Source: an uncultured Planctomycetota bacterium
Lineage (GTDB): Bacteria; Planctomycetota; Planctomycetia; Isosphaerales; Isosphaeraceae
Length of the DNA: 64,000 nt
Direction of reading: 5' to 3'
Assembly (NCBI GenBank): GCA_963737655.1
Contig: CAVTTN010000002.1
Coordinates: 7,520,001 to 7,584,000 of the forward strand
Part shown: positions 20,844 through 32,781 of the stretch, piece after piece
Position numbering within the stretch: position 1 is the first letter of the stretch
Layout: every line of letters begins with the position of its first letter
Program-made: the position numbers and the translations under genes
The notes under the pieces: model-generated
What the model was told of the DNA's origin: nothing
The model's input: the letters and a program-made list of their open reading frames with translations, nothing else
Databases searched by the model: none

Positions 20844-21734
20844 ATGACTCTCCCATCCGCACTGGTCCTGCTCCTCGCGATCCCCGCCCAGGCCCCCGCC
20901 CGGGACGAGGGCGCGGGAAGCTGGCTGCCGATCCTCCGCCAGCAAGCCTCGGAGTACGCGATCGTGCCGAGAGATCCGGCCATCCGGCCGCCGAAACCTC
21001 GGCCCGACCCGATCCTCCGCTGGACCCAGCCCGTCCGAGGGGGCGATGACGGCGCCGTCTTCCTCTGGGTCACCGACGACGGCCGCCCCGCCGCCGTGGC
21101 CACGATCTTCACCTATCGCGTCCCCGACACCAAGAGGACGATCCAGCACGAGGTCCACTCCTTCCTGCCCACGGGACTCGACGCCTCCTGGCGAGGTCGT
21201 CCGATGTGGAAGGCCGACGCGCCCGGCCTGTCCTTCCGGCCCGTCCCCGATGCACCCGAGCCGGCCGGGTCCGCCGCCGCCCGCCTCCGCCAGATGCAGG
21301 CCCTCGCCCGCGAGTTCTCCGGCGAAAACGTCCACGAAAAGGCCGGCAGGAACGAACTCCGCCTGATGCCCAGACCCCTCTATCGCCAGCCCTCGACCGA
21401 TGCCGACCCGAAGGACGGGGCCCTGTTCTGCCTGGCCCACGGCACCGACCCCGAAGTCTTCCTCCTGATCGAGTCGCGGAAGGGATCGGGCGGTGTACTC
21501 ACATGGCAATACGCCCTCGCCCGCTTCTCCGACCTCGCGCTCAAGGTCCGCCTGAAGGGCCAGGAGGTCTGGAGCGTCGGGCCCGGCCAGTGGCAGCGCC
21601 GCGACGGCATCCACGCCTACTACATCGCCGAGATGGTCGATGCCGACACGCCCGAGGAGTACCGCAAGGCCGAAAAGACGGACGGAGACGGCCCGGCGCT
21701 CCCGGTCCGCCCGGGTTCCGAAGAATTTCGTTGA
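20844..21734 (+). CDS. Secreted uncharacterised protein, paralog 2 of 5
   Basis: WTQPVRGGDDG, RLRQM, LRLMPRPLYR, DGALF and GTDPE. Confidence 0.8.
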   Translation: MTLPSALVLLLAIPAQAPARDEGAGSWLPILRQQASEYAIVPRDPAIRPPKPRPDPILRWTQPVRGGDDGAVFLWVTDDGRPAAVATIFTYRVPDTKRTIQHEVHSFLPTGLDASWRGRPMWKADAPGLSFRPVPDAPEPAGSAAARLRQMQALAREFSGENVHEKAGRNELRLMPRPLYRQPSTDADPKDGALFCLAHGTDPEVFLLIESRKGSGGVLTWQYALARFSDLALKVRLKGQEVWSVGPGQWQRRDGIHAYYIAEMVDADTPEEYRKAEKTDGDGPALPVRPGSEEFR

Positions 21735-21767
21735 CAACGCCCGGGGCTCGGCGATATTTGTAGTCAC
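21716..21767 (+). promoter_or_regulatory. Sigma70-type promoter with BlaI-type operator (copy 1)
   Basis: TTGACA at 21731-21736; GGCGATA-TT-TGTAGTC at 21750-21765; 46/52 identical to the reverse complement of 45197-45248. Confidence 0.8.
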
Positions 21768-21801
21768 ACGAGGCATCTCGTCACCCTCGCGGGAGGTCCC
21801 C

Positions 21802-22758
21802 ATGCTCGGCGGAAAAGCCCCGGCGATGGCCATCCTCGCCGCCCTGGCCGCCTTCACCCCGCCCGACGATCCGCGGCCCGAGGCCGGGGTCCCGGTCCGC
21901 CGGGCCCTGGTCCTCTGCGGCCTCCCGGGCGACGAGGAACATCGCGAACACTACGGCGCGGCCGTCGAAAAGATCGCCAAGGCGCTCGTCGATCGTTGCG
22001 GGTTCGCCTCCGAGAACGTCTGGGTCCGGTTCGGCGTCGCCGCCAGGGACGGCGACGGCCCGGCGATCCGAACCGGCCGCGGCCTGTCGACTCGCGAGGG
22101 GCTCGCGGCCGACGCCGAGGCCCTTCGCAAGGCGTCCCGGCCGGGGGACGCCCTCTGGGTCATCGTCCTCGGCCACGGGCACTTCGACGGCCGGACCGCG
22201 CACCTCAACTTGCCGGGGCCCGACGTCTCGGCCCTCGAATTCGCGAAGCTGTTCGAGGACATCCCCGCGACGGAACAGGTCTTCTTCCTGACCACCTCGT
22301 CGAGCGGGTACTTCCTCAAACCGCTGTCGAAGAAGGGTCGGGTCGGGATCTCGGCCACCGAGGCCGACCTGGAAGTCAACGAGACCCGATTCGGCGCCGC
22401 CCTGGCCGACGTCCTGGCCGAGCCACCGCCCGAGGCGGATCGCGACCGGGATGGCACGATTTCCGTCTTCGAACTCTACCTCGCGGCCGTCTCCGAGGTC
22501 ATGAAGCGATTCGCCGACGACGAGCTGATCGCCACCGAGCACGCCCAGATCGACGACAACGGCGACGGCCACGGCAGCGAAATCCAGCTCCTCTTCCTCC
22601 CGCCGGACCCCGGCGGCGAGAGGCCCGATCCGAAGCCCAAGGACCCGGCGAAGACCGTCGCGAAGAAGGCGCCCGCACTCGGCCCGACCGACGACGGGGC
22701 CCTGGCCGCGAAGCTCCGGGTCAGCCAGGCGAAACCCCCGGCCGGAGGCTCCCAATGA
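21802..22758 (+). CDS. Secreted caspase/C13-like fold protein without the usual catalytic Cys
   Basis: RRALVLCG, LWVIVLGHG, FFLTTSSSG, ISAT and an EF-hand-like ADRDRDGTISVFE; GGAGG RBS. Confidence 0.6.
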   Translation: MLGGKAPAMAILAALAAFTPPDDPRPEAGVPVRRALVLCGLPGDEEHREHYGAAVEKIAKALVDRCGFASENVWVRFGVAARDGDGPAIRTGRGLSTREGLAADAEALRKASRPGDALWVIVLGHGHFDGRTAHLNLPGPDVSALEFAKLFEDIPATEQVFFLTTSSSGYFLKPLSKKGRVGISATEADLEVNETRFGAALADVLAEPPPEADRDRDGTISVFELYLAAVSEVMKRFADDELIATEHAQIDDNGDGHGSEIQLLFLPPDPGGERPDPKPKDPAKTVAKKAPALGPTDDGALAAKLRVSQAKPPAGGSQ

Positions 22759-23552
22759 GGCTCGCCATCGCCCTGATCCTGGCCCTCCCCGCCCTCGACG
22801 ACGTGGCCGGCGAGCGTCAGACGCCCGCCGAGCGGCTGGTGTCTCTCAAGAGTACGATGAAGTCTTATGAATTGACGCTCCGTCGGGACGACGCGCCCGG
22901 GAGCCTGGGAGTCCAGGAGGAGCCGGCCTTCCGAGTGGGCCGTCAGCGAGGCAACTTCGTCGATGGCGCGATCTTCCTCTGGCTCGACGACGTCGGCCGG
23001 CCCGAGGCCGCGATGGAAGCGTTCCTCCTCAGCGAGCCGGACGTTCCCAACGGCAAGTGGATTCACGAGTTCACGTCGCTCGCCACCGGGCCGATCGAGG
23101 CGACGATCGGCGGCAAGACGCGATGGTCGCCGACCGTCCCGGGCCTGGAATTCCGGGCCGTCCCCGGGGCGCCGAAGCCCGCGAACACCCCCGCCGCCCG
23201 GCTCCGCCAGATGCGCGCGATCGCCGACGAGTTCAAGGCGGACGACGATTTCGGGGGCTCGGGCTGGCTCTCCCTGCGGATGCTCACCACGCCGATCGCC
23301 CGCTTCGGCAAGACCGGGGCGGAGCCGGAAGACGGCGCCCTCTTCGCCCTCGTCGATGGGACCGACCCCGAGGTCTTCCTCTTCGTCGAGGCCCGCAAAG
23401 GCAAGGAAGGGCCAGAATGGCAATATGCTCTCGCCTCGATGGGTTGCTGGGCCGTGAAGGTCCGTCGCGACGGCAAGCCCGTCTGGGAGCTTCCGAGGCG
23501 CTCCACCGGCGATCCCTCGAAGCCTCTGTACAACTACCCCTTCTGGCCCTGA
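22755..23552 (+). CDS. Secreted uncharacterised protein, paralog 3 of 5
   Basis: ATGA overlap with the upstream gene; DGAIFLW, WIHEFTSL, RLRQM, DGALF and GTDPE. Confidence 0.8.
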   Translation: MRLAIALILALPALDDVAGERQTPAERLVSLKSTMKSYELTLRRDDAPGSLGVQEEPAFRVGRQRGNFVDGAIFLWLDDVGRPEAAMEAFLLSEPDVPNGKWIHEFTSLATGPIEATIGGKTRWSPTVPGLEFRAVPGAPKPANTPAARLRQMRAIADEFKADDDFGGSGWLSLRMLTTPIARFGKTGAEPEDGALFALVDGTDPEVFLFVEARKGKEGPEWQYALASMGCWAVKVRRDGKPVWELPRRSTGDPSKPLYNYPFWP

Positions 23553-23598
23553 ACCGTCGCAACCCGACCCATTTCGGAGGCGGCACCGCCGGACTTCG

Positions 23599-24393
23599 AT
23601 GAGCGTCCTGCCCTCGTCCGCGATCCTGATCGCCGTGCTCGCCCAGGCGGCCCCCTCGCCCCGCGACGAGGCCGCCGAACGCCTGAAATTCATGAAAGAT
23701 TCGGTGGCCGTCTACGAATTCACGAGAGAATCCGGCCCGCTGAAGCTCGTCAGCGAGCCGGCGTTCCGCCTCGGCAATCAGGGCAACGGCGTCCTCGAAG
23801 GCGCCATCTTCCTCTGGACCGACCCGAAGACGGACCGACCCGGGGCCGCCGCCCAGGTGTTCCTCCACCGGAATGACCTCCAGCCCGAAGGTCGATGGCT
23901 TCACGAGTTCACGTCGCTTTCCACCGACCCGTTCGTCGCCGCCCGGGGCCGGTCCGAGCCGTGGAAGCCGGAGGGGCCGGGCGTGGTCTTCAAGCCCGTC
24001 CCCGGCGCGCCCGCCCCGGCCGCGACGCCCGCCGCCCGGCTCCGCCAGATGAGGGCCCTGGCCCAAAGCTTCAAGGCCGTGGACGACTTCGGCAATCACG
24101 GCACCTTCGAGCCGCTCCGCCTCCTCACCACGCCCGTGGCCCGCTACGGCAAGCCCGGGGTCGTGCCCGAGGACGGCGCCCTCTTCGCCTTCGTCCAGGG
24201 GACCGACCCCGAGGTCTTCCTCTTCCTCGAGCTGCGTAAGGGGAAGGATGGGCTGGAGTGGCAATATGCGTGCGCTCCCATGTCTTGCTGGCCCCTGAAG
24301 GTCTCGCGGGACAACGCCGTCGTCTGGGACGTCCCCTTGAGGTCGTCCGAGGACCCGAGCAAGCCGTTCTTCTGCCTGACCTACGTCCCCTGA
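23599..24393 (+). CDS. Secreted uncharacterised protein, paralog 4 of 5
   Basis: EGAIFLW, WLHEFTSL, RLRQM, LRLLTTP, DGALF and GTDPE. Confidence 0.8.
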   Translation: MSVLPSSAILIAVLAQAAPSPRDEAAERLKFMKDSVAVYEFTRESGPLKLVSEPAFRLGNQGNGVLEGAIFLWTDPKTDRPGAAAQVFLHRNDLQPEGRWLHEFTSLSTDPFVAARGRSEPWKPEGPGVVFKPVPGAPAPAATPAARLRQMRALAQSFKAVDDFGNHGTFEPLRLLTTPVARYGKPGVVPEDGALFAFVQGTDPEVFLFLELRKGKDGLEWQYACAPMSCWPLKVSRDNAVVWDVPLRSSEDPSKPFFCLTYVP

Positions 24394-24430
24394 TCGCCCC
24401 CGATCGTCTCCGCCCGAGCGAGGCCCCGCG

Positions 24431-25465
<1,035 letters not shown>

Positions 25466-25472
25466 ACCGGCC

Positions 25473-26369
25473 ATGCCGTTCGACGATCGCGAGCTGATCG
25501 ACCCGGCGTTCTTCTCCCGACTCGACTCGCTGGAGCTCCGCGCCCGCTCGATCGTCGAGGGGGCGATGCACGGCCTCCACCGCAGCCCGTATCTCGGGAT
25601 GAGCGTCGAATTCTCCAGCCACCGCGAGTACGCCCCCGGCGACGACCTCCGCCACCTGAACTGGAAGCTCTACGCCCGCCACGACCGCCTGTACATCAAG
25701 GAATATGACGCCGACACGAACCTGAACCTCTACTTGATGGTCGATATCAGCGCCTCGATGGGCTGCGCCCACGCCGGGATGAGCAAGCTCCAGTACGCGG
25801 CGACCCTCGCGGCGGCCCTCGCCCACCTCGCCCTCTCGCAGAGGGACGCCGTGGGCCTGACCCTCTTCGCCGATTCCGTCGTCGCCCACCTCGCCCCGAA
25901 AGCGAAGGCCCATCAGTTCGACGAGATCCTGGCCACGATCGCCTCGGCCCCTCTGCGCCAGGCCACCGGCACCGAAAAGGCGCTCCACCAGGCCGCCGGG
26001 CTGGCCAGGCGTCGCGGGCTGGTCGTCGTCCTCAGCGACCTCTTCGGCGACCCCGAGGCGATCGGCGGCGGGCTGGACCATCTCCGCTACCTGAATCACG
26101 AGGTGATCGTCTTCCACGTCCTCGACCCGATCGAGCGCGGCCTCGCCCTCGACGGCCTGATCCGCTTCCGGGACCTGGAGACCGGCGAGACGATCACCAC
26201 CCAGGCCGAGGGCGTCCGCGACGCCTACCGCAAGGCCGTGGACGACTGGAGCCAGGCCCTCGAGATCGAGTGTCGCAAGAGGGCCATCGAGCGCGTCGAG
26301 CTCCTGACCACCGACCCGCCCGACCGGGCCATCCTCGACTACCTGGCGAAACGCGCGGCGACCCTCTGA
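25473..26369 (+). CDS. DUF58 (VWA-like) protein
   Basis: GLHRSP..G.SVEF..HREY.PGDD.R..NWK and DISASM. Confidence 0.92.
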   Translation: MPFDDRELIDPAFFSRLDSLELRARSIVEGAMHGLHRSPYLGMSVEFSSHREYAPGDDLRHLNWKLYARHDRLYIKEYDADTNLNLYLMVDISASMGCAHAGMSKLQYAATLAAALAHLALSQRDAVGLTLFADSVVAHLAPKAKAHQFDEILATIASAPLRQATGTEKALHQAAGLARRRGLVVVLSDLFGDPEAIGGGLDHLRYLNHEVIVFHVLDPIERGLALDGLIRFRDLETGETITTQAEGVRDAYRKAVDDWSQALEIECRKRAIERVELLTTDPPDRAILDYLAKRAATL

Positions 26370-26403
26370 TCGGATCGAGACTCGATATTTCGGAGCGAAA
26401 CCC

Positions 26404-27233
26404 TTGCGCAAGAGACCGACGATCCGATTCGCCCCGCTCCTGCTGCTCGTCCTCTCCGGGGCCGACGATCCGAAGCCGCCGAGGGCGAAGCTCATGCGCG
26501 CGATGGCCGGCGAAATCGAAGTCGCGTCCGCGGACCTCGCGACGAAATATCCGATGATCGGCGAGCCGATCTATCGGTTCGACGACCCGACTCGCAGCTT
26601 CTCCGACGGAACCGTCTGGGCCTTCGGCCCGAAGGACGGCCGACCGGAGGCGCTGCTCACGCTCTCCCTGGAGGGCGAATCGGGCGGCCTCTGGCACTGG
26701 ATCTACGAGTTCACGTCGCTCTCCTCAAGCAAGGTCTGCGCGACCGGTCCCGCCGATATCCGCTATTTGCCGTGGGTGCCGGACGAGCCGGGATCCGCCT
26801 CAAACCGTTCCCGAAGGCCGATCCTCCCGCTTCGGACGCGCCGAAACGGCTCCGCCAGATGCGCGAGCTCGCCCGCCGGTTCCGCTCCGACGAGACGTTC
26901 GAGCCCAAGCCCGGGCTCAAGCCCGAGCGCTACGAATTGCGCCTTTTGAGCCAGCCGGTGCTGCGGTATTCCGACCCCAGGAACGGCCTGATCGACGGGG
27001 CGATCTTCCTCATGGCCTACGGCCAGAACGCCGAGATCGTCCTGGTGATCGAGGCGAGGCGCGAGGGCGAACTCGCGCCGGCCTGGTCGTTCGGGGTCGA
27101 GCGGATCTCGGCGGCCGAGTCCCGGGTCAGGCTCGATGAGGCGGTCGTCGTCGAGTTCCCGAGAATCCGCGATAATGTGATGACGCGAACCTATGCGGGC
27201 TTCAGCCGGCCGAGCCCGGCCGGGAAGGAGTGA
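26404..27233 (+). CDS. Secreted uncharacterised protein, paralog 5 of 5 (frameshifted at ~26791)
   Basis: DGTVWAF and WIYEFTSL; one extra G in the GGG run at 26790-26792 joins these to RLRQM, LRLLSQP, DGAIF and GQNAE. Confidence 0.75.
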
Positions 27234-27239
27234 CGCCCG

Positions 27240-29186
27240 ATGAGCTTCGTCCAGGGGGGGATGCTCGCGGCCCTGGCCGCGCTGGCGATCCCGATCCTGA
27301 TCCATCTCCTGTTCCGTCGCAAGGCCCGGCCCGTGGACCTGGGCACCCTCCAGTTCCTCAAGGTCGTCCTCCGCGACACGACCCGGCGCCGGAGGCTCAA
27401 GCGGTACGTCCTGCTCGCGATGAGGCTCGCGGCGGTCGCCCTGATCGCGCTGCTCTTCGCCCGTCCCTACCTGCTCGCCCACGAGCCATCCGAGGGGAGC
27501 CGCCTCGTGGTCGTCCTCGTCGATCGATCGGCCAGCATGGGGCTGAAGGGCGGCACGTCCCCCTCCGATCGCGCGGCCAGGGAACTCCGCGAGATCGTCG
27601 CGAGATCGGGAAAAGGCACGCAACTCGAACTGGCCGCGTTCGATCGCGCCATCTCGCCGATCGCGAAGCCCTCCGACCCTGCGACGGACGCCCTGAAGCC
27701 CGGATCAGCCGGGACCGACTACGCGCCCGCGATGGCCTGGGCCCGCGACGTGAGCATTCGATCGCGCGCGAAATCCAGGGAGTTGTACATCCTCACGGAT
27801 TTGCAACGATCGGGCCTCGACCGGGGCGAATCGGTGGCGATGCCGGGCGACCTGGACGTGCATCTCACCGACTTCGGCCGTCTATACCCGAAGAACCTCG
27901 CCGTGGTCGCCGTCTCGCTCTCGTCGCCGACGATCCGCCCCCGCGACTCGACGACCGTCTCCGCCACCGTCCGCAACGCATCGCCGATGCCCGTCGAGAA
28001 GGTCTCCGTGAGGCTCCATCTCGAATGCCCCGGCAACGAGCCGATCGACCGCGAACGGGCCGTGGACGTGGACGGCAACGGCTCGGCGGTCCTCGCATTC
28101 CCGCTCACCGACCTGGACGCGGGTTTGTGGCGAGGACATGTCGAAATCGGCACGAGCGATGATCTTCCGATCGACGATCGCCGCTATTTCGCCATGCCCG
28201 TGTCACGGCCCGCGAGGGTCCTCCTGATCGACGGCGACCCCGGCGCCTCGCCCATCGAGTCGGAAACCTTCTTCCTCCGCGCCGCCCTCCGGCTCGCCCC
28301 CGAGGGCGAAACGTATGCGAAATCGCCATTCTTGACGACAACCATCGCTGCGCAGTCACCGCTGCCCGAACTCGATCCGATCGCCGTCGTGGTCCTCGCG
28401 AACGTCGGCGATCTTCCCGCAGATCGTGCGCGACAACTCGCCGAATTCGTGGCGAGGGGAGGTGGACTCGTCGTCTTCACCGGCGACCGAGTGACGGCCG
28501 AATCGGCCCGATCCTGGATCGACGCGGGCCTCGGCGTCGGACGAGTCCTCGGGGCGGAACACGCGGCCGATCGGCCGTTCCGCCTCGAATCGTGGGATGA
28601 TTCGCACCCGATCTTCCGGCCGTTCGCCGACCCCGAATCCGGAGACCTCCGCCGCCCGACGTTCCTGGCGATTACGAAGGTCGACCCCGAGCCATCGAGC
28701 CGAGTCCTCGCGCGATTCCGGGGCGGCGCCCCGGCCCTGATCGAGCGATCGGTCGGGAAAGGGCGCATCGAAATGTTCGCATCGGCCTGCGATCACGCCT
28801 GGGGCGATTGGCCCCGAGGGCGGATGTTCTTGCCCATGGTCCACCAGATCGTCGCGCAGGCGGCCGGACTGGCCGACGGCGGCCCGACTCGCGAGGCGAT
28901 GGCCGGATCGAAGGAGATTCCCGGGATTTTCGAGGAAAACGGCCGCCTGCGCGTCGTGAACGTCGATCCGTCCGAGTCGGAGCTGGCTCGGTGTTCCTCG
29001 GCCGAGTTCGCGGCGAAATTCGGGTTGCGGCTCGCCAACGCGAACCCCAGGGTCGAGGCGCCCAGGGCGGTCCGATCGCGGGCCGACGACCGCCTACGGC
29101 CCGACGAGCTCTGGCCGTGGATCGCCCTGGGACTCATCGGCCTGTTGATGCTCGAAAGCCTGCTCGCCAATCGGACGTCCGCATAA
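27240..29186 (+). CDS. BatA N-terminal / VWA / GATase-like membrane protein
   Basis: PILIHLLFRR BatA motif, DRSASM MIDAS, ILTDLQ, FVARGGGLVVF and a C-terminal TM helix with LESLLA. Confidence 0.88.
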   Translation: MSFVQGGMLAALAALAIPILIHLLFRRKARPVDLGTLQFLKVVLRDTTRRRRLKRYVLLAMRLAAVALIALLFARPYLLAHEPSEGSRLVVVLVDRSASMGLKGGTSPSDRAARELREIVARSGKGTQLELAAFDRAISPIAKPSDPATDALKPGSAGTDYAPAMAWARDVSIRSRAKSRELYILTDLQRSGLDRGESVAMPGDLDVHLTDFGRLYPKNLAVVAVSLSSPTIRPRDSTTVSATVRNASPMPVEKVSVRLHLECPGNEPIDRERAVDVDGNGSAVLAFPLTDLDAGLWRGHVEIGTSDDLPIDDRRYFAMPVSRPARVLLIDGDPGASPIESETFFLRAALRLAPEGETYAKSPFLTTTIAAQSPLPELDPIAVVVLANVGDLPADRARQLAEFVARGGGLVVFTGDRVTAESARSWIDAGLGVGRVLGAEHAADRPFRLESWDDSHPIFRPFADPESGDLRRPTFLAITKVDPEPSSRVLARFRGGAPALIERSVGKGRIEMFASACDHAWGDWPRGRMFLPMVHQIVAQAAGLADGGPTREAMAGSKEIPGIFEENGRLRVVNVDPSESELARCSSAEFAAKFGLRLANANPRVEAPRAVRSRADDRLRPDELWPWIALGLIGLLMLESLLANRTSA

Positions 29187-29257
29187 AAGGACATGAGCGA
29201 ACCGGAACGCCTCTCCGTCGAGGGGCGCAGACCCACTCCTCCTCGAAAGGACCGCCC

Positions 29258-32200
29258 GTGACCTCCGAACCGAGAATTCTCCGGCGATTCGAGGGAGTCT
29301 GGGCCTCGCTTCGGCGTTCTCAAGCGGCCGTGGGCCTCGGCTTCACGGCCCTGGTGGCCACCCTCGGCGTGGCGTTCCTCGCCGCGAGCGATTTCTACCA
29401 TGAGATGCCCCGTCGCGATCGTGCCGCCGGACTCGCCATCCTCGGCCTCGCCGTGGCGGCGGCCCTCTGGCGAGGGTGGATCGCGCCAAGGCGATGGTGG
29501 ACCAGGCCCAGGACGGCCGTCGAGATCGAGGGCCGATTCCCTCAGCTCGGCCAGAGGGTCCGCACGGTCGTCGAGTTCGCCGGCATGCCCGACGCCCGAC
29601 TCGTCTCGGCCGGGGTGAAGCCGAGCCTCGTCGGCGCGCTGGCCGAGGAGACCGAGGCCCGGTTCGAGCCGTTGCCGATCGCCCGAATCGTCCCGAGGCG
29701 GAGGGCGGCCGTCATCGCGTCGCTCGCCGCGGTCCCCGCCTTGATCCTCGCCATCGCCTGCGCCCGAGGCCCCGAATGGCGAATCGCGACGGCCCGGACC
29801 TTCCTGGTTGAGCGGCCTTACACCACCTTGAAGGTCGTCCCGGGCGATATTCGCATCGACCAGGGTGAAAACGTGACCATCACGGTCGAATCCAGCGGTC
29901 GCGCCAGGAAGAAGGTGATCCTGGAGACGAGGCCGGCGGCCTCGCCCGGCGCACCGTGGAAGGTCGTGACGCTCGATCCGCCTGAGGGCGGCCCGGCGAA
30001 CCGTCGCGAAATGACGCTTGAAAACGTCAAGGATTCGCTGATCTATCGAATCGTCGCCGGCCCGGCCCGGAGTCAAGAGCATGAGGTCTCCGTGATCCGC
30101 CCCCTGGAAATCCGGGCGTTTGACGTCACTCTGAACCCTCCGGAATATACCGGGCTCGAGCCGTCGAAGGTCCCGGGGGGCGACATCCAGGCGGTCCAGG
30201 GCACGTTTGCGAGGTTCCGGATCGCGTTCGACGCGTCGCCGAGCGAGGCATCGATCGAGCTATTCGACGCGGCGAATCGAAACTCCTCTCTCGTGGTCGT
30301 GCCGCTCAAGAACGACGGCTCGGGGTTCGTGGCCGACCTGAAACTTGAGAAGACTCTTCGATACAAGGTGGTGACGACGCGAGTGGATGGACGCGCATTA
30401 CCGGAGGCCGAGCACCGGATCGACGTCCGCGAGGACCGCGCGCCCGGGTCGCGTTCGAGGAGCCCGAGGAGGCGCTGGAGGTCCACCCGATCGCCGAGGT
30501 GACCCACCGCGTGAGGGTCGGCGACGACTTCGGCCTGACCAGGGCCGGGATCGTGTTCCGGTTCAACGACGGGGAAGAGAAGACGTTGCTCCTGAAGGAG
30601 TTCGCCGCCGGGCCCGGCAAGAGGCCGCAGACCGTCGCGACCATCGAAGAGACGCTCCTGATGGAGACGCTCGCGGCATCGCCCCAGGACAGCGTGACCT
30701 ATTTCGCCTTCGCGGAGGACAACTTCCCCGACGCCCCGAGGCGGACCGAGACCGACCTCCGCTATATTGATATCCGTCCATTCAAGCGCGAGTATCAGCT
30801 TGCCGATCCGTCGAACGGGCAAGGGGAGCCCGATGAGTTCGTGGCCCTGGAGGAGCTGATCGGCCGACAGCGATTCAACCTCAACCGGGCCAACCGGCTG
30901 GCGAGGCACCGGCCGACCGATCGCGTCGAGCCGGAGGACCCGCTGAAGATCGCGGGGTTCGAGGAGGCCCTACTGGCGATGGCCCGCGAGTTCACCGAGG
31001 GCATCGAAAGGCTGGCCGACGCCCGGGTCGATTCGATGCATCGGGCGGAGGAGGCGATGGTCGCCGCCGTGGACGCGCTGGACCGGAGCCGGAATGCCGA
31101 GGCCCCCGGGGCCATGTCCGAGGCGCTCAAGAACCTCGTCGCCGCCCGTCGCGAGCTCGTCGAGCTCATCGGCCAGACCCCGGCCGCCGCGATGGCGATG
31201 AGGAGCTTTGATCGCAAACAGGCCCAGAAGATCCGCAATCCGAAGACCAAGGACGAGGAGGCCGAGCAGGTCGCCGAGGAAATCGAGCAGCTCGCGCAGG
31301 AAGAGGATTTCGTCTACGCGACCATCGCGAAACGGGCCGACTCCGACACGCCGGGCAAGGCGAAGGAGCAGAAGGGCTCCGGCGAGCCCCGGGATGCCAA
31401 GACGACGGAACCGACGAAGAATCGGCCCGGGACGAAGGATGGCGACGCCGAGAAGGAGGCCCGGAGCGAGGCGGCGAAGGGGAACGCGAAGGGGTCGAAG
31501 GGCCAGGGCTCTCCCGGCAAAGGCAGCGACCCCGGCGATACTTCGAACGGTCGGGATCGTCGCGAGACCGCCGACAAGCAGGAGGAAATCGCGGACGAGG
31601 CCCGCGCCCTGGAAGAGCGGCTGAAGCGGATCGAGGCCGCGTCCGACCTGGCCAAGGCCCGGATGGGCCAGGCCGCCGAGAAGGCCGAGAAGGCGTCGGG
31701 CGCCCTGAACCGGGGCAACACGAGCGAGGCCGAGAAGGAGGCCAAGGCCGGGGCGGGGATGCTCCACGAGCTGGCCCGGCAGGTCAAGGGCGAGATCGCC
31801 CGGGAAGTCGCCGACGAGATCGCGATGGCCCGCGACCTGGCCCAAGAGCTCGCCGCCCGAGAGGAAGAGCTCGCCCGAATGGCGGAAAACTCGGGGAATC
31901 CGGCCGAGGGAAGGGGCGAAGGCAAGGAACCGGGCCGAGCCTCGTCGCCTGGGACCGGGCCGGGCGGGCGGGGTCGCGGAGGGCTGGGAGACTGGACCAA
32001 CCTCGACGGCCCCGAGAGGCTCGAACGGCTCGCCGAGGCCGCGAAGACCCTGGAAGAATGGCTCAAGGGGATCGACCGCAAGGGGGAAGGCAAGGCCGCC
32101 GACGTCGTCCGCGACATCCTCCAGCAAGGCACGATCCATGACGTCGTCGAGAGGACCGGGAGGATGGCCGAAGTCCGCTCCGGGGGGAAGCCCCAGGAAA

Positions 32201-32685
32201 TCGTGCCCGAGGCGAAGGCGATCGCACGATCCCTGGAAGTCCTCGGTCAATCCCTGGAATTGCTCCATCGCGGGATCGTGGCGCCAAGGCTCGCGGCGAT
32301 GGTCGAGTTCGATCGTCGGGTGGCGGAGCTCGCCGCGAAGCTCGCCCATCTCCACACCGATGCTCAGATCACCGCATGGCATCGCGAGGCCGCGGCGCTG
32401 ATTCGGGACCTCGAAAAGGCCGGGATCGCCGAGGCCGCCGAGCTGGCCGAGGCCCTCAAGGCCGGTGGCTGGAACGGTCGAAATGTCGGCTGGGGCTGGG
32501 CCGACGGCATCGACAGCCGAGTGGCCCCGGGCGGCTACACCAACGCGCTCCGGGCCGTCTCGACCGCGATGAAGGACCAGATCCAGGAGATGATGCTCAA
32601 GGACCTCGCCTCCGCTCGCGACGAGGCCGCGCCGCCCAGGTTCCGAGAAATGATCGATCGCTATTATGAAGTCCTCTCCAAATAG
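29258..32685 (+). CDS. Large membrane-anchored Ig plus coiled-coil protein, DUF4175-like (frameshifted at ~30444)
   Basis: N-terminal TM helices, PPEYTG, DRAP[RV] and DDFGL, long helical region, PPRFREMIDRYYEVL end; CCC to CCCC at 30443-30445 joins the ORFs. Confidence 0.75.
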
Positions 32686-32781
32686 GGTGCAGGGAAGGCA
32701 CCCACCCCCGGATCGGGCCCCGAGCCTATCCCCTGGACGATGGCGGACCACCCCGCGAACCCGAGTTGCCCACGCCCCATC

